Source: Octopus bimaculoides (Eukaryota). From it: a DNA stretch of 43,797 nucleotides. The stretch lies in NCBI RefSeq assembly GCF_001194135.2, contig NC_069000.1:24869300-24913096 (forward strand), given 5' to 3'. Made by a program: the position numbers and the translations under genes. Numbering within the stretch: the stretch's first letter is position 1; each line of letters opens with the position of its first letter. Of this stretch, positions 33,330 to 43,797 are shown piece after piece. Under the pieces are notes generated by a model. That model saw only the letters and a program-made list of their open reading frames with translations. It was not told the DNA's origin and ran no database searches.

Positions 33330-34329
33330 ACCTTGGAGTTTCCAACAGATGTTCTCACTTGAAACACACCCTTACAACTTAAAACATTTAACCCACCTTA
33401 AGATATAAACTATATAAAGTCATTTATACACTAATTTACACACGCTCACACACCCACCCAAACACTCCCCAAACACCCCAACTCACATACACACACATAT
33501 ACACACATACACACACATATACACACACACGTGTATACAGTAAAGATAAATAACAAGAAATATATACATACATAGACTCATAAACGAATAAATACCAACA
33601 TACGTACATACTTCTGTAGCAGTTTACTGAGATGTGGTACAGGGGTACTTAAAACGAAAAACACAATCCACTAAGGGAATACACCACTCTAAAGCCTGGC
33701 ATGGAGTACCAACAAGTTTATTACATCACACTTCGAAAGTTACCTTCGTGCATTCCAAGTTTAAGAAATATTCCCCAATTATCTACACGAGTTAAAAAGC
33801 TATAACTCACAACAAACGTAAGCTATGCAAAACCCAAACTGCAAACTGTGAGAAAAATGTTTTCACTATACTACCTTCTTACAAGACTCGATTTGTTAGC
33901 AACAGATATCTTGAGTAGAGCCAGGGATAAAGATATAACAAAAACATAATGATAAATATATTGAAATTAATGGATAAAATGAGCACTGAGTGAATCTAAG
34001 TATGAAACAAACAAATTAAATTACAAACATTGTTGTTTTTAGAATACTAAATAAAACATGCTGTGTTGTGGATGTCAACTGCCAACTGGACGTCACTGGG
34101 GTAAGAAAAATACAGGAGAAAGTAGTCAACTGTGTACCATAGATGAAGAGTCTGTAAATTCATTACCCAAAATAGACTCTTTGCAGTTTTATAACCATCA
34201 TTATTGATGACAGGATAAGTATCAATGCGCTTCAAGCAAAGAACGGAGAAAGAACTTAGCTCCATCAGGCACACGCTACGGATAATCATGACACCTAGGA
34301 TAATGAAGATATCCATCCACCCACCCATT

Positions 34330-34990
34330 TACTCTGCCATCTATTCTTGGGAGGGTCGTGAAGGTAGAGTCCTCAGGCACCTTCTCCTTAGGGTTCTATC
34401 AGAAACAACTGTCATTAGATTTTCTGGCTGGATTCCTAAGCACGACTAATTGAGACTTAGGATATTTTCCACTCATCTCATTATTGGTTTCCTGCTGGTT
34501 GGCTCGGCTTGAAAAATCCGTCTTGCAATTCATTCTTGCGACATTCTAATCACATGTCTCTAGTGTACTATGATACTTCTCAACTTAGAAAAAGTTGTGG
34601 CTCGACCTGGATCTCTGAGCCATGCACCTTGTTGAGTAACGTTACTCCCGAGACCTTTCGGTGGTACCCCATTTCGGCCACTTATATTACGATCGTACTC
34701 TTTCAGTCATTACCAAATATTCATGGCTGTAGAAAGGATGGACAAGAAAACTGAACTGAAGATAGCGTGGATCGAATGATAGAGCTGGCGCATTACTGTG
34801 CTAGCACCTCTGTAATTCTAGCATCCAATTTAGCCTCCTGCTTTCCTTCACTCGTGAATACGATCCCGAGATACGTAAATTTACAACTTTACCACCGAGT
34901 AAACACTTCGTTAGTATATGTTCGTGGGCAGAAAAAGAGGGATCAGACAAACTAGTTTCAAACTTGAGTTGGGATTTCAACAGTAACAAG
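34330..34990 (-). mobile_element. Rex3/Expander-like RTE LINE 3' fragment
   Basis: KFTYLGIVFTSEGKQEAKLDARI; STVMRQLY; VMTERVRS; RKVSGVTLLNKV, the Rex3-type wording, distinct from the RTEs at 8630-13485. Confidence 0.75.
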
Positions 34991-35536
34991 TTTCCCCATC
35001 ACTTTTACTGACCATGAAGTCACTGTTTGTAAAACCATTATTAATAAGTAAGTAAATGGGATATATTTGCAACCAGTTCACTTAATAAAATAATTAATAA
35101 CGCATCAGTAATTTATTTTTAATCAAAGTAACTGCTAAGAACATGTTATATATGCATACTGTCTAATCCATTTACTTAAGCATTTAGTAATAACGGTTTA
35201 GAAGCAATGACCTTTGGACAATGAAAGAGGAACTCGGTCATTGATAAAATCCTAATATAGGATAGAAAGTAATCCGTCAGATTTTGCCTTTTCTGTTTGC
35301 GAAGATATTGCAAATAATAACAAGGTACTCGCATCTGTCTGTTAAAATAGTGTTTTGTTAACTTGTTTAAATAGATTCTGTAGTACAATGTAACACTATT
35401 TTATTCACCGCAGAGAATTGAAAAGGAAATTGGATCCCACCGAGATCTCAATTTTGAGCAAAATGGAAAGTAACTGTAAGACTCTTAATGATATAACTTT
35501 CTCCATCCTCTTCTTGATTAAAAAAAAAAAACTTAC

Positions 35537-35581
35537 CTGGCAGAGTTTTTCATTTCCTCAGATAATGCTGCAATAATTGCC
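35537..35581 (-). CDS. SLC7/LAT-like transporter exon (exon 4 equivalent, TM6b), 45 nt
   Basis: ctgtttttattcag|G GCA...GCC AG|gtaagt; (W)AIIAALSEEMKNSA(R) versus LAT1 WNYLNFVTEEMINPYR. Confidence 0.92.
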
Positions 35582-35914
35582 CTGAATAAAAACAGAAGAT
35601 ATTAGGAAACAAAAATATTGAAGGAAAACTGATTAACAAATTCTCTCCCTCTCCCTCGGCCCCTCTCTTACATCACACACCCATACACCCACAACCACCA
35701 TCACCACACACACACATGATGTCTTTTTAAAATTTTTTCTAACACATACGATTCTTCAAACACGTGCCTTAAAACTTCAACTTGTGACTGTATAAATCAT
35801 CTGGGCCAAACGAATAAGCGAACCCTATTATATATATTGAATACTTTTCTCTCTCGTTTGCATAACCAAACACGCGCGTGCGCGCATCTTGGTATACATT
35901 AGATCTAATCAAGA

Positions 35915-36915
35915 TAATAATTGCCCTCATTATTGACAACACGCCCATCTATTTGGTAGATTGTTAATCCCTCGGACGTAAAATACTTCAAGTTTCAAAG
36001 TTACGAAACAATATCATTTTTAACCTCTTCGCAATTAATAAACTGTTTCCCCTCAAATTAATATTGCAATAATCTAAAACGATGGCAGTCAGATGGAGCC
36101 ATATCAAGAGAGTAAGGAGGATGAGGCAAAAGCTGCATATTTACTGCCATAATGTTGCCATAACTTGGGCAATATGTGCTCTCGTAACGTTGAGTAAGAG
36201 CAACGCCCTTTTACAATTGATCAATGATAAACGCTTTTCTGCTAATTTACAATGCTTCCAACGCCGACAGTATTTCTCTGCATAAACTGTTTCGGTTTGG
36301 TTTAACATTTCATGATAGACAACACGTTTCATATCTCACCAAACACAGGGCATAACTTCTTGGGAGTGCAGTCCTGGTTTGGGGACGGATTCTCCTTTTT
36401 CACCGGTTGCTAACCATTGTCGTTTCCATTGGATATGATTATAGAGAACCCACTGTTCATCATTTGTGATGATTCTACCCAGGAAAGGTTCAGTAGCAAG
36501 CTTATTCCTCAATAATGCGCAGAGGGCAACTCTTCCATTAAGCTGAGATTCAGTCAGGTGATGAGGGACTCACTGACCAAGTTGAGACACTTTTCCCAGT
36601 TCATGAAGCTGTTTTATGATCAAAGTGTGACTTGAACTCTTTTGCTAATTCTCGTGCAGTTTGCTTTGTGTTTTCCACAATTAGGGTTTTTTCCCCCAGA
36701 AGCTCAATATTGACAGAACTTGGTCGTCCACATCCAGGGGAGTCTTCGAGAAAAAAGGTTTCTCGAACAAAACTGACCAAACCATTGGCATGTCCCGAGA
36801 ATTCAAGTTACATTTCCATTGACAGAACGAATATTCCTTGCGGCTTCCATTGTTGAAGGGCCCCTTTTCACTTCATACAACATGCAATGTCTAATATGAT
36901 CTAAACTCATCTTAA
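35915..36915 (-). mobile_element. Decayed mariner (D,D34D) transposase
   Basis: IRHCMLYE; GRPSSVN; VPHHLTE; RIITNDEQWVLY; LLPHPPYSLDMAPSD; multiple frameshifts. Confidence 0.9.
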
Positions 36916-37321
36916 AAAGATAAAATAGATACGAATTTAACCAATTATAAAGAAAGTCACTAGGATGTAAAAATTAAAGCTTATTTTTCTGTTAATAGTG
37001 AAAATCTATCTATCTGTCTGTCTGTATATTTTATATATTCACATAATAATTAACACACACGCACACAAACGCATACAAACTCACACTCACAGACACCGAA
37101 GTGCATTTATCCAAGATTTTGTTTAAAACTAGCATTTAATGTTGAATTTGAACCAGTGTTTCATAATTACAATAATCCCAACATGCTCTATTATCAACTA
37201 TTTTCCACATATCTAACAAGTAATGTTTCTTCTCTTGAATACTCCATAAGTAGAAAATAAAAGTGAAACTTCTTCAAAATATACGAATAATTAAAAAAAA
37301 AAAAAATTAATCTCCACTCAC

Positions 37322-37421
37322 CATCCTCCATATGAAAAAATGGAATATAACACTGCAAGTACTAGAGAAGCAACATCAGTCTTGCTGTTTTCAAACGGTT
37401 CTTTGAAGTTTTCTATTTCTC
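37322..37421 (-). CDS. SLC7/LAT-like transporter exon (exon 3 equivalent, EL3-TM6a), 100 nt
   Basis: cgtgtattacag|GA GAA...GGA TG|gtgagt; (G)EIENFKEPFENSKTDVASLVLAVLYSIFSYGG(W); two codons shorter than recalled for LAT1. Confidence 0.95.
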
Positions 37422-37908
37422 CTGTAATACACGAAAACGTTTTAAAAATAAGGATCAGTTACGTAGATAAACCAATCCTTGAAGCCCAACAGACAATTTT
37501 TGCCTTTGTTGCAGGTCTATTTTCTTTGAATGCTTTATTCTAAGCTTTGTATGTTTATACATTGTATTTTGGTGTGAATTTGCCGTCAAAGTATCGTTGA
37601 GAAGCAAAACAATTGAAATTGGAAAATTGATAAACTGGCAACCTGAGCTTAAAGTTTTGATACTCTGAGGAGAAGAAAACATTTCCTTACTAGCTAATAT
37701 TATTTGAATCTGATTTTCAAACGTATGGGTCACAATTTAGGACATGTTTTTGGGTTATGAGACCTTAACTTCGAGGAATAGCTTTTCCTCTACTTGCCAG
37801 ATCAGCAGGCTAATGTTTTATGCCTTTAACGACATGGTTATTATTACTTAAATATATTTCAATTTTTCATTACATTTCAATTTGCTCGTATTATAATAAT
37901 TTACGTAC

Positions 37909-38034
37909 CTTGGCCGAGGGAAAATATACCACCGCTGATAACCAGCAGCAAAGTAATTATTTTAGTTGCTGCCATGACACTCTGGCATTTCGTAACGAAT
38001 CTCGTATACACACAGTTCAATGCCACTACAGTCA
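37909..38034 (-). CDS. SLC7/LAT-like transporter exon (exon 2 equivalent, TM4-TM5), 126 nt
   Basis: ttcaatttttccag|TG ACT...CAA G|gtacgt; TVVALNCVYTRFVTKCQSVMAATKIITLLLVISGGIFSLGQ; the TM5 Lys (LAT1 K204) is kept. Confidence 0.95.
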
Positions 38035-38061
38035 CTGGAAAAATTGAAATTAATATATATA

Positions 38062-38092
<31 letters not shown>

Positions 38093-38329
38093 GTACGCGT
38101 GCGTGCACGTGTTTGTGTGTGCGCGTGTGCATACATATGTATGTACGCATGAATATGTTTGTGTGTGTGTGTGTGTGTGTGTTTTCTAATTAGTCCCGTA
38201 AGCTTAGCGTCAATTTTCGGGTTCGTCTTCAGGATGAAGTGATTATATTAGCGTATTGTTACAGTGTTTTCCAATAAACAGCAAAGGATCGTGGCGATGA
38301 TGTTGTTATTCATAAAATCATCTTCACAG

Positions 38330-38790
38330 GATTTAAAAGTAACTGTTTATTTAACATTGCTTCTATAGTTCATTGCATAGGTGCTCTGTCTGTATTACGT
38401 TTTTGGTCTGTATTTTACTGGGGTTTTTTTACAGTTAATCATCCAGTTACCTTTTATTATCGATTAATGTTTTATCTAGTTTGTTTCAGATTCTGTATTC
38501 TAATGAACTGTTTTGATGCCTTGTTGTAAATGTGTGGCCAACCGATGTATGTCCGATGTAACAGTTTGAGTCATGAAGTTTACAATTTTCATGTTTACAT
38601 TGAAATTTGTTTACTACAAGAGCTGTTTGAAGTCCTTGCTTTAGCCTCGCAATGTTTGTGGTTTTGTATTGATGAGCTGGTTCCTAAGTCTGAACTCTGA
38701 ATAAAATCTAGTTTGTAGTTAGGTATGATACAAGCAGCATGCTGCCTTTAATGAGTTTTAAATGGGATATTCATCCTGTGTATAATTAGT
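38330..38790 (-). mobile_element. Decayed Penelope-like GIY-YIG fragment (second lineage)
   Basis: LVVNKFQCKHENCKLHDSNCYIGHTS on the minus strand; boundaries uncertain. Confidence 0.55.
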
Positions 38791-39094
38791 ATGTGATTAT
38801 AGGCAAGCTGTGAAAGTAGTACACTGTGTGTGTGTGTGTGTGGATTTATTTGTATGGTTTGTGTTGTTAGGTAAACTTGATCGATCGGAATTATAATCAT
38901 AGTATTCTAGCCAGCTATGACCATCCTCTCTCTTCGTGAGCAGCTGGTGCTACTTTCGCTTTTTTTTTTGAGCAGATAGGGGTATGATTTGAGAGTAATT
39001 TGTTTGCTATTTCTAGTAGGTTGCGTGACTATATAGAGACTCCTTTATTGACACGTGTCGTGCGTGCGTGTTTTTACTTGTTGTTGTACCAGTT

Positions 39095-39137
<43 letters not shown>

Positions 39138-39489
39138 GGAACATGACACGAAAAGCTCGGTGTAGCAACGGAGTAAAACCTGGTCTCCGAATAGATCAAT
39201 GGACCCTACTACATATGAGCACATTTTTTTCTCATTTATGCATAACAATAGTGATATACGTGCTTCAATGGAAGTAATCTGCAGCTAATCAAAGCTTTGC
39301 TTCTTATTAGATTTGCTTTTACCGTAAATGAACATGGAAGTAGCTTCTTAAGTCCTGAGAGCTGCTGTTTAATATTTACTTTACAAACAGTGCAAATATG
39401 TCTCACCTCATGTGGCATGTTTGTTTTGTTTGATTTATGGATATATTAATGCTTTTTAGACCAGCATGGGGCGTACATTTATTATTGAA

Positions 39490-39700
39490 TTCAAATTTTG
39501 GCACAAGGCCAGCAATTTGGGGGAAGGGGTCAGTCGATTACATAGACCCCAGAGTTCAACTGGCACTTATCTTATGGATCCCGAAAGGGTGAAAGGTAAA
39601 GTCGACTTCGGCGGAATTTGAACTCAGAACGTAAAGACAGACGAAATGCCGTTAAGCATTTTACCCAGCCTGTTAATGATTCTGCCAACTTGCAGCCTGA
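39490..39700 (-). mobile_element. tRNA-derived SINE (gtgccaaaatttgaa tail type)
   Basis: Same head and core as 18157 in reverse, different tail. Confidence 0.85.
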
Positions 39701-39759
39701 GTTAGATATATGGCTTATGAGTGTGTCTCCAGGAATGATCTTTGTGTCATCTGGGCCAA

Positions 39760-40590
39760 CTATACGAATATGAGATCTCAGATGTGAAGTTAAGCCAGCC
39801 TTAGAAAGGCAAGTTTTGTCACACGTTGAGCAGCTGAAGGACGACTCTCTTTCTGTGTTTAGTAGGGTATTACTTTTCATAGTTATTTTAAATTATGCAT
39901 ACTTTTGTTTGTTTTCTTCAAATATTTCACCCCAGACCAGATCGTTTTTCCCCATTATCTCTGTCAAGAGTCATCTTTGCATGATATATTCAACTCCGCA
40001 AGACTGTTTTCAGCAAGTCTTTATATCGTTTTGTTTTGGTTTGCACTGTTTTCGTTTCCCAGCAGATAGCTCATCATAAAATACCTGGTTAGGGATGTAT
40101 TTATCTTCCCACTCCCATCCACAGTAAATATTCACTCCATCCCAGCTGATTGCAAACCAGCATAGAGTGAATTGAAGAATTTCCTGCTTTCTCTAAATCC
40201 TCTGTGTAAACGATTCTCAGCCAACCCTCAGAATTTTAAGAAGACACTTTGAAGAAAGCATTCTAAAGATTCTATGTCGTGGTTGTAAATAGTCCGTATT
40301 TCTATTGAATAAAGAACACTGTTAAGAAAAGTAATGTATCAACTTGCACCAGGGCAGGATCCTATTGTTCCTCAAATATATGGGAAAGATAAAAGATCAT
40401 TATCTGTTGTCGGTTCTTTTAAATACTTTGGTAGCATGGTTAACTAAAAAAAACAAAAAAACTTTGGACACAGGAACTGCATCTCGCATTCAAAACGCAG
40501 CAAAATCTTTTGTAACTAGACACGATTCCCAAGAAAGAATCGTGTCTAGTTACAACGACATATTAAGGTCAGCACGGAAACTTCGGTTTA
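39760..40590. mobile_element. BovB-like RTE 3' end with C2H2 finger (minus) joined to an inverted upstream segment (plus)
   Basis: Minus 39760-40335: LYSIEIRTIYNHDI, IPNQVFYDELSAGKR, CSTCDKTCLSKAGLTSHLRSH. Plus 40335-40590: VVGSFKYFGSMV, SRIQNAAKSF. Confidence 0.75.
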
Positions 40591-40613
40591 TCGTGCATGT
40601 GTACATACATACA

Positions 40614-43185
40614 TATCAAGATGGCGCCGTCAACATCAGATGTGCAGGCGTAGAGGGCCATTAAAAAAAAAATTTGAACGTTCCCTTCTATATTTATGTC
40701 GACTCCTCCAGCTTAAATTAGTAACTGGTTTATTTCTCCCACTATAAATAAGAAAAAAACACCTTTTACCTACCAACGTAACGTTATATAGACCGGATTT
40801 TAAAAATTTACCCTATACCACGTGCAATTTCACTAATATGATTATGGCTGAAATTAACAACACTGCCACCAATGAAAACATCACTAGCACCAGTAAGCTA
40901 TTTAAGAAGATATAAATACTCCTCTCATTTTACTTGGACTCTGCATCTAAACCAAGATCTATTTCGAAAAAAGCCACTGAATACCCTTTTGTCGGATATA
41001 TGAAGCAGTTGCAAATACTGGGACGAATTTTATCCCAACTTAAGCACCTTTACAGCGAAATAGCTTCGACAACAAGCATCTTTTTTTGAGAGAAAAATAA
41101 CTTACTCTCGTGCTGCAAATCGATCTTCTCAAAACACTGAGAACTGGGCAAAACATGGCAGAAGAGAGATCGAAAATAATGTAAACAAACCACTGCCATC
41201 ACTAAATTTTCGTGTCTCTTGAAATGTAGCTGAATCAACAGAGACAGCTGTAGAATATATTCAGCTTAGAAATATCCTGAAACCACAGTTCATAGAAAAC
41301 CTTTCTACTTTTGCAAAACGATCGTTAATTATCAGGCCATTATTAACAAGATTTAGAAAAAATTCAACAGCTCTAATATTGAAAGTTATCGACGATGTTG
41401 CTGGAGAGCACATGGAATCATGTGATGATAATTACTAGAGTAATAATACCTTCATAGACACAGCTGCTGTAACTTTTAGGAGAAATCTGCAGAATACATG
41501 GTAAATCCACGTCGCCATATTGGCTGATTAACCACGTCAATAAAATGTAACAGGAACAATGAGTTCACACCTCATCAGTCACATCTTATAAACAAATTAA
41601 CAAAACTGTGTTTACACTTCGCAACAAGCTTTGAAGGGAGGTTAATTACTCTAAAACACGAACTCACGGCTCTGAACGAAAATCTTCGCGACCACAAACG
41701 AATTTTTGAATGAATCTGAATAAATCACAAATTTGCTTCTAACCCACTGGCAGTATTTAGAAAAATGAGGAAAGAAAATATGACCGTCAAGAAAGTCCCC
41801 TGTCCAGAAGATCTTGAATCATACTGGGTGAAAATCTGGAAGGAAAAGAGGAATCTCAACCTCAATGTATCGTGACTAAATGCAGTTAAGAGAGAATACT
41901 GTACCAGCATCAACAGTAAAACATATGCAATTGACCCGGAAATTTTCACCATACCTATAGGCAAACTGCATAATAGGAAGGTACCTGGAAGGGATCTAAT
42001 AGCTGGATACTGGATTAAGAGGCTGACATTTTCAGGAAACCACTAATAAGTATATTCAAAAGTACTATGGACGGTCAGATTGACATATCAAATTGGCTTG
42101 CTATAGCACGGACGAATTTAGTGGCCAAGAATGAAACCACCGAGTTGCCCGAGAATTACAGGCCCGTTGCTTGCCTAAATACGTATAAACTGTAAACAAG
42201 CTGCTTCAACCATTTTCTCCAGGATCATTGTGACTGATGAGCAGGCAGGCGGAAAGAAGGGAGTGTTGGGATGTGCTGAACAACTTTCGATAAACAACGC
42301 TGCACTGTCCGAGGTGAAAAAAAAAAAACCAATCGTAGGAGCCTTATAACACTGGCTTGGTAATTGAAAGGCATTCGACTCTATTCCTCACTCATGGCTG
42401 CTGAAGTGTCTCCATTTGGCAAAAGTGCCTGTTACTTTAATTGCTGCTATTTAGAAGCTCATAAAGACCTGAGCCACAATCCTCACGCTTAGAAGAGAGT
42501 GGAACAATCGTCTACAATGCCATAAATATTTCAAAGGAAATATTCCAGGGAGATAGACTCTCTGTGCTTCTGTTCATTTTGGCGTTAAATCCATTATCAT
42601 TCCTGCTACAATAAACAAATGGCTACATACTAGGGTCTGCAACTGCAAAAGATATTAATGTAACCCTTAATTTCTCAGTGGATGATATTAAATTTATGCT
42701 AAAAATGTTAACGATGCCAAAACACAACTGGAATTAATAACAACATTTTTAGCTGACATAGGAATGGAATATGGCCAGAAAAATGTTCTTATTTAATTGT
42801 TGAACGGGGAAAATCAGTCTCCCAGACACAAAACCTCTCCTATCTCTCACAAAGAATGCTACAAGTACCTTGGCATTGATGAAAATATATCATACCAAGG
42901 TATTGTGAATAAAGATAGAGTGGCCCAAGAATATTATACCAGACTAAGAAAAATATGGCAGTCTGAACTCTCCTCTTACAAGACAATATCCGTAATGCAT
43001 TTGCAGTGCCAGTGCTGATTCCAACATTTGGGATATTTGACTGATCTGTAGAAGAAATTCACTCCATAGACATTAAAGCTCGCAAGATACTAACATCAAC
43101 TGGATATCTCCACAAAAATAGTGATATCGACAGGCTCTATCTTAAAAGAGATAAAGGAGGTAGGGGCTTGACTGCCTTAACAAGT
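40614..43185 (+). mobile_element. Decayed R4/Dong-type non-LTR retrotransposon (5' end, N-terminus, RT), 3'-truncated
   Basis: WTLHLNQDL...GYMKQL...WDEFYP; NYRPVACLNTYKL; EQAGGKKGVLGC; IFQGDRLSVLLFILALNPLSFLL; YKYLGIDENI; GGRGL; starts right after (TACA)3. Confidence 0.85.
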
Positions 43186-43435
43186 GACATAAACACAATG
43201 TGTTTTGCATCAACAAAAAACTGAGGCCATCACCTTTCCTGCAGATGAAACGACCTTGGCCTTTTTTGGAACAAGTGAGAAAGGGTGTTTCTACTGCATG
43301 GTTTGTCTCTTTGTCTCAGGCTCAAAGTGATGACCTCAGTACTCATTCCGACTTAGGAAACGTTCAAGGAAACAAGTTGGATCTACTTCAAGCAATGCCA
43401 GATTTTCCTTTGATATGATCAACCAGGTGCGCTTT
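43180..43435 (-). mobile_element. Mariner transposase fragment (second subfamily)
   Basis: PDQKRTWLIISKENLALLEVDPTCFLERF...HHFEPETKRQ...KKAKVVSSAGKVMASVF. Confidence 0.85.
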
Positions 43436-43487
43436 TGATCAGGTGGTTGCAACGTGAGCTTCATAATCACTCAGCCATGCATGCGCC

Positions 43488-43488
<1 letters not shown>
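43430..43488 (-). mobile_element. SINE head remnant
   Basis: ggcgcatgcatggctgagtgattatgaagctcacgttgcaaccac resembles the head at 16597; next to (TA)n. Confidence 0.45.
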
Positions 43489-43522
<34 letters not shown>

Positions 43523-43797
43523 CTTTTGTAGTTTCTACTTAGGGTAAAGTGTCTCTGGTGTTTTTATTTCACTTACGCATGCACGCACGCACAACTTGTA
43601 GTAATACGATGTCATATGACGTCAGGTAATAGGTACACACAATTAGTGCTCAGATAAAATTTGTGCCTAAATTCCAGCTTATAAATGTAAAAATGTGGTA
43701 GCTGCTTAAATAAAGAATGACTAATTATAATATATCAATCAAGTTGTTATATGGCTAATAGAACAAAGAATAGTCAGGCAAACAACAGATATCGAAC

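Noticed and set aside
33600-33960. Possible further Penelope endonuclease relic
   Set aside because: Only a vague Cys pattern; the GIY-YIG motifs could not be read.
35176-35388. Candidate exon 5 just downstream of exon 4
   Set aside because: No transmembrane segment; the true exon 5 is at 26408-26531.
38035-43797. Search for the first coding exon (TM1 GxxIGSG motif)
   Set aside because: Not found; this stretch is mostly transposon remnants, so the exon presumably lies beyond the window.
1-43797. CRISPR arrays, operons, true tRNA or rRNA genes
   Set aside because: Eukaryotic intronic DNA; the tRNA-like A/B boxes belong to SINE heads and no full cloverleaf was seen.

Overview
AT-rich, microsatellite-dense animal genomic DNA with four N-gaps. 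The SINE and LINE families look most like an octopod cephalopod (inference). The whole window lies within one minus-strand, intron-rich gene that the ORF track largely misses: an SLC7/LAT-type (APC fold) amino-acid transporter light chain. Nine coding exons were recovered by hand (38034 down to 759). All have GT-AG boundaries and compatible phases, giving about 325 aa in one open frame; eight have the length (or, for the last exon, the position) recalled for human SLC7A5 exons 2-10. The first coding exon(s) lie beyond the right edge. The protein keeps the LAT scaffold but most polar substrate-pocket residues are replaced by small or hydrophobic ones, which is the main finding. The introns hold decayed mobile elements: several RTE LINE lineages, Tx1/L1, CR1-like, R4/Dong, Penelope, mariner, a FLYWCH-MULE, a Helentron-type HINE and tRNA-derived SINEs. 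They also hold several long hairpins and a minimal hammerhead-ribozyme-like motif on the pre-mRNA strand. Exon, hairpin and gap coordinates were counted by hand; transposon boundaries are approximate. No database search was run, and LAT1 numbering is from memory and by-eye alignment.
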